Below are positions 38,230-47,877 of a stretch of DNA of 64,000 nt, piece after piece. The DNA is taken from IMG/VR virus record IMGVR_UViG_3300010397_000043, positions 23,529 to 87,528 of that record. One strand, written 5' to 3'. The first letter of the stretch is position 1. Each line of letters begins with the position of its first letter. Both the position numbers and the translations under genes were made by a program. The notes below the pieces were generated by a model. It worked only from the letters and a program-made list of their open reading frames with translations, ran no database searches and was not told where the DNA came from. The stretch is from a virus.

Positions 38230-38419
38230 TGGGCAGTAGCTCAGGGGTCTGTGGAGGTACGGTGGAGGGAACGCCATCGGTGACCACAGAGGCAGGCGGA
38301 AAGGTGTAGTCGGTGATCGGGCAAGGACCACCCACGATGCCGGCATCGCCGAGTAGCATGCCTAGAGCGGCTGGTATATAACCAGAGGGTCGTTGGTTCG
38401 ATTCCAACCTGCCCCACAA
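38230..38419 (+). ncRNA. tRNA-like RNA (anticodon loop TATATAA) with a 115-nt structured insert in the D-loop
   Basis: GGGCAG/CTGCCC acceptor, GCTC/GAGC D-stem, CTGG/CCAG anticodon stem, GTTGG-TTCGATT-CCAAC T arm. Insert 38249-38363 folds into two long hairpins. Confidence 0.8.
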
Positions 38420-38440
38420 AGAATCCTCCTTAAAGCCGAA

Positions 38441-38472
38441 GCCGGCTGGCAACCCCAGCCGGTTTTTCTTTT
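38441..38472 (+). terminator. Rho-independent terminator after the tRNA pair
   Basis: GCCGGCTGG-CAACC-CCAGCCGG-TTTTTCTTTT. Confidence 0.88.
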
Positions 38473-38489
38473 GTACCTGCGAATCCATC

Positions 38490-41414
38490 ATGGCCCTGGA
38501 CCTCGACTTCGAGACTTTCTGCGAGCTGAACGTCCGCACGGTGGGCGCGTACCGGTACGCCAGCCACCCAAGCTGTGAAGTGCTGGTGTTGTGCTACTCC
38601 ATTGACAACGGGCCGGTGCGCCGCTGGGTGCCCTACGCCGATGGCCCGGACGCACCCCCGCGCCCGCTGCCCAGGGCCCTGCGCCGCTACATCGAGGACA
38701 CCGATGGTGAGCTGATCGCGCACAACAGCCAGTTTGAAATGTGCATCTGGCATTACGTGATGGAGCGGCTGCACGATGCCCCGCCCATCGCGCCGCATCG
38801 ATGGGTATGCACTGCGGCCATGGCGGCGGCATGCGGCTTGCCCCGTAGCCTGGACGGTGCAGCGATGGCGATGCAGTTGCAGCACCAGAAGAACAAGGAA
38901 GGCGCACGACTGCTCAACATCTTCGCCAAGCCGCGCAAGCCCACGAAGCTGAACAAGGCGACCCGCACCTACCCCTGGGACCGGCCCGACGAATTCGAGA
39001 AGCTGTGCGAGTACTGCGAGGACGACGTTCGTGCCGAGGCCGAGCTTTATGAGCGCCTGCCGAAGCTGTCCAAGTACGAGCGCCGGGTGTTCGCCAAAGA
39101 TATTGAGATGAACAGCCGTGGCCTGCCGCTGGACGTGCGGGCCGTGAAGACCGGGTTTCGCCTGCTGACCGAACTGGAGCGGCGGAACAAGAACCGTGTC
39201 GAGCAGTTGACCGGCGGTATACGTGCCACGCAGCGCGACAAGATGCTGGAGCATTTCAAGTCGCTGGGCGTCGAACTGGAAAACCTGCAGGCCAAGACGA
39301 TCCGCGACCTGATTACGGCCCAGAAGGAAATACTGCCTGACGCGGCGGTCGAGCTACTGCTGCTGCGGATCGAGGGCGGCAAGGCTTCGACCAAGAAGCT
39401 GAAGAAGATGCTGGAGGTCATGCTCAAAGACGGGCGTGTCCGAGGTGCCTTCCTGTACTGGGGTGCGCACTGTGTACCCGGGGATACCGAAGTGCTGACC
39501 CGTAGCGGCTGGGTGCCTATCAAAGACTGGGATGGCAAGAGTGAGATCGCGCAAGTAAACGAGCAACTCGAAACACAGTTCTTGCCCGGCAAGAAATTTG
39601 TCGGCCCAGTAGCAGATCGCTGGCTTCAAGTACGAACGGAGATGTTTACGGGGGACTTTACGCTCGGGCACACGATGCCATACTTCCATAAACACAACGG
39701 TTCCTTCCAGTATGAAAAAGCTGGTGTGTTCGCCACTCGGGCCCGTCGCAGTGTCCCCGTATCTACTGTTATGCCTAGCACCGGTGCGTTGAACGCAGTG
39801 CAGATGCGTGTGCTAACAATGGTCCAGGCCGATGGGCACTTCGCCAAAGGCAAGAACCAGGGCATGCTCCTCTTTACGTTCAAAAAAGAACGGAAGATCG
39901 AACGCTGTCAGAAACTTCTTGCGGAAGCTGGTATACCGTGTCGGGTGCGTGGCCCATACGCGAGCGGCAACGTGGCTGTGAAGATAAGCCGAAAAGACGT
40001 TCCGCATTGGCTAACCGAAGAACGTAAATCGTTTGGCCCATGGGTACTTGATAGTACCCCTGCGGCTCGACTTGCATTGATCGAAGAGGCAGCGTTCTGG
40101 GATGGATGTACCGACCCGCGCAACGAGTTCTTTTCGTACAGCTATTCAACTACGGACCCTGTAAGTGCCGAGTGGCTGCAGACGGTAGCGCATTTGACTG
40201 GGTACAGGTCTTCAATTACGATGCGTGATCGCGGACGCGAAGGCTGGAAGGATTCCTATCGAGTACATGTCTGGCAAGGTAATAGTGCTGACGTCCGTGA
40301 ACATCACATGGCTGTTGTTACCGAAAGGCGTAAGACGTACTGCGCAGAAACGCAGACTGGGTATTGGCTTGCTAGACACAACGGTCATATATTCGTTACT
40401 GGGAATACGGGCCGGTACGCCGGCAAGCTAATCCAGCCGCAGAACTTCACGCGCGGCGAGTACACGCCGTATCAGCAGTGGCTGCTGTTCCAGCACCTGA
40501 TGTCGGGCGATGCCGACGTGATGCAGTGGGCGTACCGCTGGCCCATTGACGCCATCGCTCAGGCCATGCGCGGCTTCGTACGCGCACCCCGGGGCAAGAA
40601 GTTTGTCGTGGTGGACTTTAGCGCCATCGAGGCGCGAGTCCTAGCGTGGATCGCGGGCGAAGAGAAGACGCTCAACCTGTACCGCCTGGGTGCGGACCTA
40701 TACAAGCGATTGGCTGTGAAGCTGTATAAGCTGAACAGCGAGGCCGAGGTGCAGGACTGGCAGCGCAAGTTCGCGAAGGACCTGTTCCTCGGCGCGGGCT
40801 ATCAGCTCGGGTGGGCCGGCTTCGTCAAGCAATGCTTCATGCGTGGCATCGTGGTCGATCCCGAAGAGGCCAAGGCGGCTATCAAAACTTACCGCGACGA
40901 CAATCCCAATATCGTGCGGCTTTGGTATGACGTGGAGCGCGCTGCCGTGCGTGCAGTCGAGATTAGCGCGACACGCACAAGGCCTGTAAAATTGTGCAAA
41001 TTGCACTTTTACTGCGACGACGTATGGTTCTGCATCCGCCTGCCCAGTGGTCGCGTGCTTCGGTACGTGTACCCGCGAATCGAGCATGGCGAGCGATTCG
41101 GCAAGCCGGTCAAGAAGCTTACATACCGTAGCGAGTTTAAGGGCAAGTGGATTCGAGAATCGACGTATGGCGGTAAGCTGGTCGAAAACCTTGTCCAGGC
41201 TATCGCACGCGATTTGATGGTTAACGCATGGTTTAACGCAGAGGACGAAGGTTACGAAGTGATTGGGACGGTACACGACGAGCTGATTACCGAGGTAGAC
41301 CGGGACTTCGGTAGCCCGCACGAGCTTGAGGAAATTCTTCGGCGCAAACCCGACTGGGCCGACGATGCTCCGATCAATGCCGAGGGGTGGGAAGGTGTTC
41401 GATACCGCAAGTAG
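38490..41414 (+). CDS. DNA polymerase family A (3'-5' exonuclease + polymerase), intein-containing
   Basis: LDFET and AHNSQFE exonuclease motifs; DFSAIEARV (motif A), RKFAKDLFLGAGY (B), ENLVQAIARD, VHDE (C). Confidence 0.95.
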   Translation: MALDLDFETFCELNVRTVGAYRYASHPSCEVLVLCYSIDNGPVRRWVPYADGPDAPPRPLPRALRRYIEDTDGELIAHNSQFEMCIWHYVMERLHDAPPIAPHRWVCTAAMAAACGLPRSLDGAAMAMQLQHQKNKEGARLLNIFAKPRKPTKLNKATRTYPWDRPDEFEKLCEYCEDDVRAEAELYERLPKLSKYERRVFAKDIEMNSRGLPLDVRAVKTGFRLLTELERRNKNRVEQLTGGIRATQRDKMLEHFKSLGVELENLQAKTIRDLITAQKEILPDAAVELLLLRIEGGKASTKKLKKMLEVMLKDGRVRGAFLYWGAHCVPGDTEVLTRSGWVPIKDWDGKSEIAQVNEQLETQFLPGKKFVGPVADRWLQVRTEMFTGDFTLGHTMPYFHKHNGSFQYEKAGVFATRARRSVPVSTVMPSTGALNAVQMRVLTMVQADGHFAKGKNQGMLLFTFKKERKIERCQKLLAEAGIPCRVRGPYASGNVAVKISRKDVPHWLTEERKSFGPWVLDSTPAARLALIEEAAFWDGCTDPRNEFFSYSYSTTDPVSAEWLQTVAHLTGYRSSITMRDRGREGWKDSYRVHVWQGNSADVREHHMAVVTERRKTYCAETQTGYWLARHNGHIFVTGNTGRYAGKLIQPQNFTRGEYTPYQQWLLFQHLMSGDADVMQWAYRWPIDAIAQAMRGFVRAPRGKKFVVVDFSAIEARVLAWIAGEEKTLNLYRLGADLYKRLAVKLYKLNSEAEVQDWQRKFAKDLFLGAGYQLGWAGFVKQCFMRGIVVDPEEAKAAIKTYRDDNPNIVRLWYDVERAAVRAVEISATRTRPVKLCKLHFYCDDVWFCIRLPSGRVLRYVYPRIEHGERFGKPVKKLTYRSEFKGKWIRESTYGGKLVENLVQAIARDLMVNAWFNAEDEGYEVIGTVHDELITEVDRDFGSPHELEEILRRKPDWADDAPINAEGWEGVRYRK
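39471..40406 (+). mobile_element. Intein with LAGLIDADG homing endonuclease, inserted in the DNA polymerase
   Basis: YWGAH|CVPGDTEVLTRSGW ... HIFVTGN|TGRY; VQADG and FWDG dodecapeptide motifs; more AT-rich codon usage. Confidence 0.92.
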
Positions 41415-41432
41415 ATTGACTGGAGTAGCATC

Positions 41433-41741
41433 ATGAGCAAAAAGCGTAAAGGCATCGAAGAGTTTCTGGAAAGCATCGGCGCGGTGGCCCCCAAGCCCGC
41501 GCTGGAGAAGGAGCTGAACAAGAAGCTCGTAAGCTGGCCGGTGGTCCATGCGTACCTCGCCGACCTGGAACCGACGACCACCAGCCTGAAGATGATGGCG
41601 CACCTGCTGTATATGGAGTACCACGGTGCGTGCCGGTACTACGTGATGGGCCGGCTCTACAGCCGGTACAACAACTTCCGGCGCATCGTGGAACTCGACA
41701 TGCTGGGTGACGTGGTACTGCCACACAACACCGAGGAGTAA
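41433..41741 (+). CDS. Hypothetical protein
   Basis: GGAG RBS. Confidence 0.7.
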   Translation: MSKKRKGIEEFLESIGAVAPKPALEKELNKKLVSWPVVHAYLADLEPTTTSLKMMAHLLYMEYHGACRYYVMGRLYSRYNNFRRIVELDMLGDVVLPHNTEE

Positions 41742-41745
41742 CGCC

Positions 41746-42018
41746 ATGATGACGCGATACAAAGTCGCACGGGAAATGTACGAGCGCGTGCCCTTCGAGG
41801 TGAAGGAAGACCTAGCCCTCGCATTGGCCTGGGCCACAGAGCAGTTGACCGCCAAAGAAGGGGCGGGCTGGCAATTCCAAATTCACCCGAATTGTGACTC
41901 GCTTTGCAGTTGCACGTTTTCAAAACTCGAATGGTCAGGCGAGCACTACGGCAGTGACATGGCGACCGGCTCGGAGGCAATTGTGATGGCGGTGTGCGAG
42001 TACCTCACCGGGAACTAA
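41746..42018 (+). CDS. Hypothetical protein
   Basis: GAGGAG RBS. Confidence 0.7.
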   Translation: MMTRYKVAREMYERVPFEVKEDLALALAWATEQLTAKEGAGWQFQIHPNCDSLCSCTFSKLEWSGEHYGSDMATGSEAIVMAVCEYLTGN

Positions 42019-42019
42019 C

Positions 42020-42349
42020 GTGCTTGAAGCCACACTCGAACGCCGACTAAAGTTCGGCGTTGAGCGCCTGGGGGGTCGGGCACGCAAGCTGCCCGCCCAC
42101 CTATACAAAGGCATCCCGGACCGAGGGTTGTTCTACCCCACGGCCCTGCTGCATTTTGTCGAGCTGAAAAAGCCCCGGGGTTCGCGCTTCGAGCACAACC
42201 AGGAAACAAAGCACGCCCAATTGCGGGCCATGGGGTTTCGCGTGTTCGTGCTGTACACCCCCGAGCAAGTGGACGACTACCTAGCACAAACTGCGCGTGT
42301 GATCGAGGCCCGCCGCTCGGTGTGGCAACACCTGGAAAAGCTGCAGTAG
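42020..42349 (+). CDS. VRR-NUC domain nuclease
   Basis: GIPDR...FVELKKPRG...Q...LRAMGFRVFV. Confidence 0.9.
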   Translation: MLEATLERRLKFGVERLGGRARKLPAHLYKGIPDRGLFYPTALLHFVELKKPRGSRFEHNQETKHAQLRAMGFRVFVLYTPEQVDDYLAQTARVIEARRSVWQHLEKLQ

Positions 42350-42350
42350 T

Positions 42351-42379
42351 TTTACACTCTGTGTAAAGCGAGCCATAAT
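42351..42379 (+). promoter_or_regulatory. sigma70-type promoter
   Basis: TTTACA-17 nt-CATAAT; identical hexamers at 56719. Confidence 0.7.
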
Positions 42380-42409
42380 GGTGCATCGGCTCGGGGTCGA
42401 GGGACCCCG

Positions 42410-42424
42410 ATTACCGGTGGTAAT
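42410..42424. repeat. ATTACC-N3-GGTAAT palindrome, copy 8
   Basis: ATTACCGGTGGTAAT between the promoter and the RBS. Confidence 0.9.
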
Positions 42425-42449
42425 TCACACACCCCCCGAGGAGTTTTTA

Positions 42450-42731
42450 ATGTGCAACCCTGCCGCTGATGCGGACATTGTCGGTCTTTCTACAACGTTT
42501 GGCTCGCTGCTCGAAAGCGAGTTTCTACTGCACAACGTCGCGCACACCCCCGACACGCGCCGCCTGTTCGCCATGGGCGTGATCGCGGGCATCGAGTACG
42601 CGAACGCCCTGGCCGAGATGTCGGCGGCGAACGTGCTGTTGAACGACGAGGAGTCATTGGACGAGGTGGTCATCAACGTCAACCGGTTCTTCGACGACGC
42701 CACTGCGGCCCGCGACGGCATCGGCCAGTAA
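42450..42731 (+). CDS. Hypothetical protein
   Basis: GAGGAG RBS before MCNPAA. Confidence 0.7.
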   Translation: MCNPAADADIVGLSTTFGSLLESEFLLHNVAHTPDTRRLFAMGVIAGIEYANALAEMSAANVLLNDEESLDEVVINVNRFFDDATAARDGIGQ

Positions 42732-42932
42732 ACGCCATGGCAAAGACCACCCTGTCCCTCGATCTGGCTGTACTGCGGCTTAAGATCAAGCGCGTCGTTG
42801 ACGCCGAGGTTGAAATGTCATGGCGAGGCAGCAAGCTGCCTGCCGAGCACGCCGAGATAGAATTGGAACTGCACAACGCCAAAGCCGATCTCGACTTTTA
42901 CCTGGGTGCAGCCAAGGTCTACAGGGAGTAGC

Positions 42933-44339
42933 ATGCGGACCAGGGCAGACCTGCGGGGCTACCAGAACCGGGTAGTCAAGTTTGTCAAGCGGCGACGCTT
43001 CGCCGCGCTTCTGATCGACATGGGCCTGGGCAAGACGGCTTCGGTCTTGACTGCCATTGTTGACATGATTCGGTCGGCGGAAGTCGAGACTGTCCTGGTC
43101 GTGGCCCCGGTGCGTGTCGTCTACGGCGTGTGGCGGCAGGAGGCAAAGCTGTGGGCCCATACCCGCAAGCTGCGATTTAGCGTCGTGCATGGCACAGCAC
43201 GCGAGCGCGCCGAGGCACTGCACAAGCCAGCCCACGTATACCTAATCAACCCGGAAGGCCTCAAGTGGTTGCGCGAGTATTACAAGGGCAAGGCTTGGCC
43301 GTTCGACATGCTGGTCGTGGACGAGTCGAGCATGTTCAAGAAGCCGAACACCGCTCGCTTCAAGGCCCTGCGGTACGGACTACGCCATTTCAAGCGCCGC
43401 GTAATCATGACTGGCACGCCGACGCCCAACAGCCTGTTGGAACTTTGGCCGCAGATGTTCATCGTCGATTGCGGCATGGCGCTCGGCACGCGGTACACGG
43501 ACTACAAGCAACAGCACTTCAAGAAGACCGGGTACATGGGCTACAAACTGGAAGCCTTGCCCGGGGCTCGCGAGGTGATCACCGAGGCCATTGGCCCGCG
43601 TGTCGTGTCGTTGCGCAGCGAGGATTGGCTTACGCTGCCCAAGTTCGTGGACGTGCCAGTGTGGGTCGATTTGCCGCTGGAAGCGCGCCGCCTGTACGAG
43701 CAACTGGAGACGAGCTACTTCGCCGCCTTCGAGGAGGGCGAGGTGGATATCGAAAATGCTGCGGGTTTGAGCAACCGCACCAGTCAGCTCGCCAGCGGGG
43801 CCCTGTGGCTCAAGCACCCGGAGACGGGGCAAAAGGTATGGCGACCGATCCACGACGCCAAGCTCAACGCGCTGGGCGAGATCATCGACGAGTTGCACGG
43901 CGAGCCGCCGTTCATCGGCTACCGGTTTCAGCACGACCGGGAACGCATCCAGGCGATGTATCCCAAGTTCGTTGCCATCGGCAAAGGCACCCCTGCAAAG
44001 GCCATCGTGCGTATCGAGGCCCGCTGGAATGCGGGTCGCATACCTGGGCTAATCGCGCACCCCGCCAGCGCGGGGCATGGCCTAAACTTGCAGCAAGGGG
44101 GCAGGCACATCATCTGGTTTTCGCCCACGTGGTCGTTGGAGCAGTACCTGCAATTCGTAAAGCGCATCCATCGAAGCGGCGTGCGTGGGCGAGTGTTCAA
44201 TTACCTGATCCTGGCCCGTGGCACGACCGACGAGGCGGTGATGGAAGCGATTCAGCATAAGGACGACGGCCAGGAAGCCGTTAAGAACGCTTTGTACGAA
44301 TACTACGAGGCTTTTCGCAGAAGGAGGTTAGCAGCATGA
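42933..44339 (+). CDS. SNF2-family (SF2) DNA helicase
   Basis: LRGYQ, DMGLGKT, VVDESS, MTGTP, HPASAGHGLNLQ, RIHRSG. Confidence 0.93.
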   Translation: MRTRADLRGYQNRVVKFVKRRRFAALLIDMGLGKTASVLTAIVDMIRSAEVETVLVVAPVRVVYGVWRQEAKLWAHTRKLRFSVVHGTARERAEALHKPAHVYLINPEGLKWLREYYKGKAWPFDMLVVDESSMFKKPNTARFKALRYGLRHFKRRVIMTGTPTPNSLLELWPQMFIVDCGMALGTRYTDYKQQHFKKTGYMGYKLEALPGAREVITEAIGPRVVSLRSEDWLTLPKFVDVPVWVDLPLEARRLYEQLETSYFAAFEEGEVDIENAAGLSNRTSQLASGALWLKHPETGQKVWRPIHDAKLNALGEIIDELHGEPPFIGYRFQHDRERIQAMYPKFVAIGKGTPAKAIVRIEARWNAGRIPGLIAHPASAGHGLNLQQGGRHIIWFSPTWSLEQYLQFVKRIHRSGVRGRVFNYLILARGTTDEAVMEAIQHKDDGQEAVKNALYEYYEAFRRRRLAA

Positions 44340-44820
44340 ATATCGAGCTCCGGTCCGTTTTGGTTATTGAACACTATTGGTACGAGGACGGGACACAGCA
44401 CCAAACGGAACACGCACAGCAGTTGCAATATAGGACCTGTGAGGTATACCCGCATTGGAGCGAGTGGTGGGACGTACCTACGGTAGTGCAGCACCACCAC
44501 AAAGGCGCGATACCGGTGGACTACAAGAAAGCTGAAAAGCGTGTGGTGCCAGTATGAGCCTGTGTCTTAACCAACAAGCTACAAATGGAGAAGCGTAATG
44601 AAGTTCCGCGAGTTGGCAATCGGTCAGATGTTTAAGTTCCACGCCGCCGGCGCGTTGCTGACGAAGTCCGGCATGTGGGACTACGACGCACCCCAGTGGG
44701 ACCAGCGTGGCTTGACGGTTAGTGACCTGGACCAGGGGGTGTTGCCAGAATCGCCGCAGATGCTCGGGGCTGTGCAGGAGCAGGCCCCGTGGCCCTGGCC
44801 GAAGTCGCCGGAGGTGTAGC

Positions 44821-45219
44821 GTGTTCAACAGCGGCAGCTACACCGGCACTGCGCTGAATAACAGTTTGCTAACCGGCGGAACGGCGGGCTTCCAGGCTCG
44901 CATAATTCGCGTGGTCAGGTACACGAACTTCGCCTCGCTTGATGTTGAAACGTGCCTCTACTATTACGACGAGGTTCCTTACGGAAACCAAACCCCGTAT
45001 GCGACCGGCCTGGGCTGGCATGACTTCTACAGGGAAAAGCCGCGTGACCGGCGGTACGACTGGTTCCGCGACTTCGAGCACCGGGTCGAGGCGGAGTTGC
45101 TGGCGGAACCCCCGGCGCTTTGCCGGCGCATGTGGCGGGCCCGCGAGCGCATGGACGTGGTGCAGTCGAGGCGGCACAAGCGAAAGAAGTTCTTGCAGCA
45201 GATAGGAGCAAGCATATGA
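44821..45219 (+). CDS. Hypothetical protein
   Basis: GGAGG RBS, GTG start. Confidence 0.6.
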   Translation: MFNSGSYTGTALNNSLLTGGTAGFQARIIRVVRYTNFASLDVETCLYYYDEVPYGNQTPYATGLGWHDFYREKPRDRRYDWFRDFEHRVEAELLAEPPALCRRMWRARERMDVVQSRRHKRKKFLQQIGASI

Positions 45220-45379
45220 AGAAAGCAAAGCCATGGGCAGGGCAGAAGGCCGAGGGTGCGGCCTACTGCAAGAACTGCCATAGCTCGTCGTTCAAGTTGA
45301 CGAAGACCGGCTGTGCGTTCTGCGACCAGTCGAGCGCCACGAAGCAAGCCAAGACCCGCCAACCAGCACGGAGGACAAA

Positions 45380-45730
45380 GTGAACGAGCGTTTCCAATTG
45401 GCGACCACCAGTGTCGCCTTCATGCTCCAGTTGTCGCGTCGGCAATCCAACGCGCTGTTGCGGGTGTTCGAGGCCAGCGACACAGTTGACGGCAGGCACG
45501 ACATACTGTGGATCGTCGGCCCTGATGGCCTGCGCGGTCTCGAACGCAAGGGGCTTGTCTTCTGGAAATACGACGCCGCAGGGGACGCTCAGGGGTTTGG
45601 CGGGCTCACCAAGGCAGGCACGCTCACAGCCATGCTGCTGCGCGAGGCCGGCTTGACGGTGGAGAACACCATGACCAACATAGTCGCCAAGCGTGTTGAA
45701 CGACATGGCGAACGGCAGCAGAAGGTTTGA
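45380..45730 (+). CDS. Hypothetical protein (possible wHTH)
   Basis: GGAGG RBS; LRGLERKGLV..LTKAG. Confidence 0.65.
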   Translation: MNERFQLATTSVAFMLQLSRRQSNALLRVFEASDTVDGRHDILWIVGPDGLRGLERKGLVFWKYDAAGDAQGFGGLTKAGTLTAMLLREAGLTVENTMTNIVAKRVERHGERQQKV

Positions 45731-45732
45731 CC

Positions 45733-45954
45733 ATGAACACTTACCTGCCGTGGTTGCTGTCGGCCATCACGATCTGGCAAACGTGGCTCACGGGCAATCG
45801 CCACACAGCGGCATGGTTTGTCGGGCTGGTGAATCAGGCCCTGTGGCTTGGCTGGATCGTGCAAACCGAAATGTGGGGCTTCCTGCCCATGAACATCGCG
45901 CTGTGGATCGTCTTTGCCCGTAACCATTTCAAGTGGAACAAGGAGCAGCCATGA
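45733..45954 (+). CDS. Small Trp-rich membrane protein, half-PnuC-like
   Basis: WLTGNR..AWFVGLVNQALW..W; three hydrophobic segments. Confidence 0.6.
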   Translation: MNTYLPWLLSAITIWQTWLTGNRHTAAWFVGLVNQALWLGWIVQTEMWGFLPMNIALWIVFARNHFKWNKEQP

Positions 45955-46261
45955 GCACCACACTCCAGACGCTACCAAACAACCAGCAGGAAATGCTGCG
46001 CCTATGTGCGCTGATTGAAGACAAGGCCAAAGCCGAGGCAAGGCGGCGCAACGGCGCTTCCGACTGGTATGGCGACGGCAATACGCCCGAGAGCGTTGCG
46101 CCTGCAGAGATGGCGCTCGTGAAGCTGGTGCGCGCTACGATGACGAACACGTTGTTCCAATACGAGGCATGCGAGAAGCACAGGCACTTGCCAATCACGC
46201 TTCGGGTAACCTGCGTGCCGCCCATAAACGTGGTGTGTCCGCACTGTCTGGAGGGAAAGCC

Positions 46262-47179
46262 ATGAGCACGCTCGACCTGGGGCCCTTCGTGCCCGAGCGC
46301 ATCGACGAGTGGGCGTACTGGTGCAAGGCCCGCGAGCAAATCCGGCGTCGCCGCGAAGCCGGCAAGCCTCCGCCCTGGCACAGCGACCCAGTGATGGCAA
46401 CGACCCGCTGGTGTAACTGCAAACGCATGAACGATAAGGTGAGCGTTTGGCTCATGCAGAACTGGTACACGCCCGGGTCCATGAACCGACGCGACGCGCT
46501 GATCGCAGCGTTGATGGCGCGCATGATCAACAGAACGGACACGCTGGCGTACATGAACAGCGGCGACCCTTACGCTAGGTGGGACTACGATAAGTTCTAC
46601 AAGCGCATGTATGAGTTGAAGAACGAAGGCTTCGTTGTGTTCACGAACGCATACATCATCAACGGCGCGAGCGGCGGGCCCAAGATTGACCAAGTGCTCG
46701 GGGCCATCGACAAGGCAGCGAAGATGATGGGCAACGACCGCAACGCATCGCGCTTCGTGGACCCCGACAGCCTGCAAATTACCGCTGGTAATCTGCACGT
46801 GCTTCCCGGGGTCGGCAGCTTCATCAGTGGGCAAGTCGTGGCGGACCTGCGCTGGGTGATTGATACCGACCGCTGGGCCGACCGCATGACCTGGGCCCCG
46901 CCTGGGCCGGGTTCGTCGCGGGGCATGAAGTACCTGCTGGGCCAAGTGAGCGCCGAGGGCACCGTCGGGCGTGGAAAGGACATGGGCGAGCGCGAGTTTC
47001 TGAAGCACCTGCGCTTGCTTGTCCGCATCGCCGAGCGGCACAATGTGGTGGGGCCGATTTTTGCCGAGCGGCAACTCGAAGCGCACGACATTCAAAATAC
47101 GTTGTGCGAGCTGAGTAAATACATTCGGGTGAGCTATGGCCTGGGTCGGCCCAAGAACTTCTACCATGCCAAGGAATAG
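46262..47179 (+). CDS. 5-hmdU DNA kinase (aGPT-Pplase1 family)
   Basis: REQIRRRREAGKPPPWHSDPV...WCNCKRMNDK, FTNAYII, GVGSFISGQVVADL, GPGSSRG, DIQNTLCELSKY. Confidence 0.85.
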   Translation: MSTLDLGPFVPERIDEWAYWCKAREQIRRRREAGKPPPWHSDPVMATTRWCNCKRMNDKVSVWLMQNWYTPGSMNRRDALIAALMARMINRTDTLAYMNSGDPYARWDYDKFYKRMYELKNEGFVVFTNAYIINGASGGPKIDQVLGAIDKAAKMMGNDRNASRFVDPDSLQITAGNLHVLPGVGSFISGQVVADLRWVIDTDRWADRMTWAPPGPGSSRGMKYLLGQVSAEGTVGRGKDMGEREFLKHLRLLVRIAERHNVVGPIFAERQLEAHDIQNTLCELSKYIRVSYGLGRPKNFYHAKE

Positions 47180-47183
47180 ACCA

Positions 47184-47330
47184 ATGGAACGCGACGATGA
47201 CGCCTACTTTGCCGGGCGCGCTGCCTGGGAGGACGGGCTGGACGAAAGCGCAAACCCGTACCCAGAGCGGTCGGACAAGTTCCTCGACTGGAACGACGGG
47301 TACAACGACGCAGCCGACGAAGAGGAGTAA
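47184..47330 (+). CDS. Small Rmf-like fold protein
   Basis: AYFAGRAAWEDG...NPY......WNDGY. Confidence 0.6.
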   Translation: MERDDDAYFAGRAAWEDGLDESANPYPERSDKFLDWNDGYNDAADEEE

Positions 47331-47877
47331 CCGATGTCCATCTGTACCATTTGCCACACCAACACGATCCCGGGTGGCCGGTCGCGCTACTGTGCCACGT
47401 GCGCTTCGGACGACCAGGACAAGTTTGACACACGGGTCATGGAGAAGGCCACTGCCGCCCCGCCCCTGGACCTGCCCGACGACAACCTGGACGACTTGAT
47501 TACGGCACACACCACAGCGCACGGCCACGCGCCGACCGGGGATGCCGAGCTTCGGGCCTTCGCCCGCGCTGCCATCAACGCTGACCGTACACGGGGGTAA
47601 TCATGTGGTGGAGCACCAACGCGAAGACCCCCGTGCCGGGAATGCGTGCTCGGACGAACGTGGAACTGTTGCCCCCGCCTGTGAACATCCCGCCGATGCC
47701 CGGTGTACGCGAGGCGATCCCACAGCTTCTCGAAGCTGGCAAGGCGATTGGGCGAGGGATTGATGCGTGGAACCCAGCGCAGGTTGAAGACGCCATTCGA
47801 TCCGCGCGGTTTTTCATGGAACGAGCTGAGCGCGCCCTCGAAGTGGGCCGACCCAAGACCGAACCCAAGGAGTAATC

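Noticed and set aside
38249-38363. Group I/II intron, 5S rRNA or hammerhead ribozyme as the tRNA insert
   Set aside because: Too short and with the wrong boundary nucleotides for self-splicing introns; only superficial size and GAGTA similarity to 5S; no CTGANGA hammerhead core seen.
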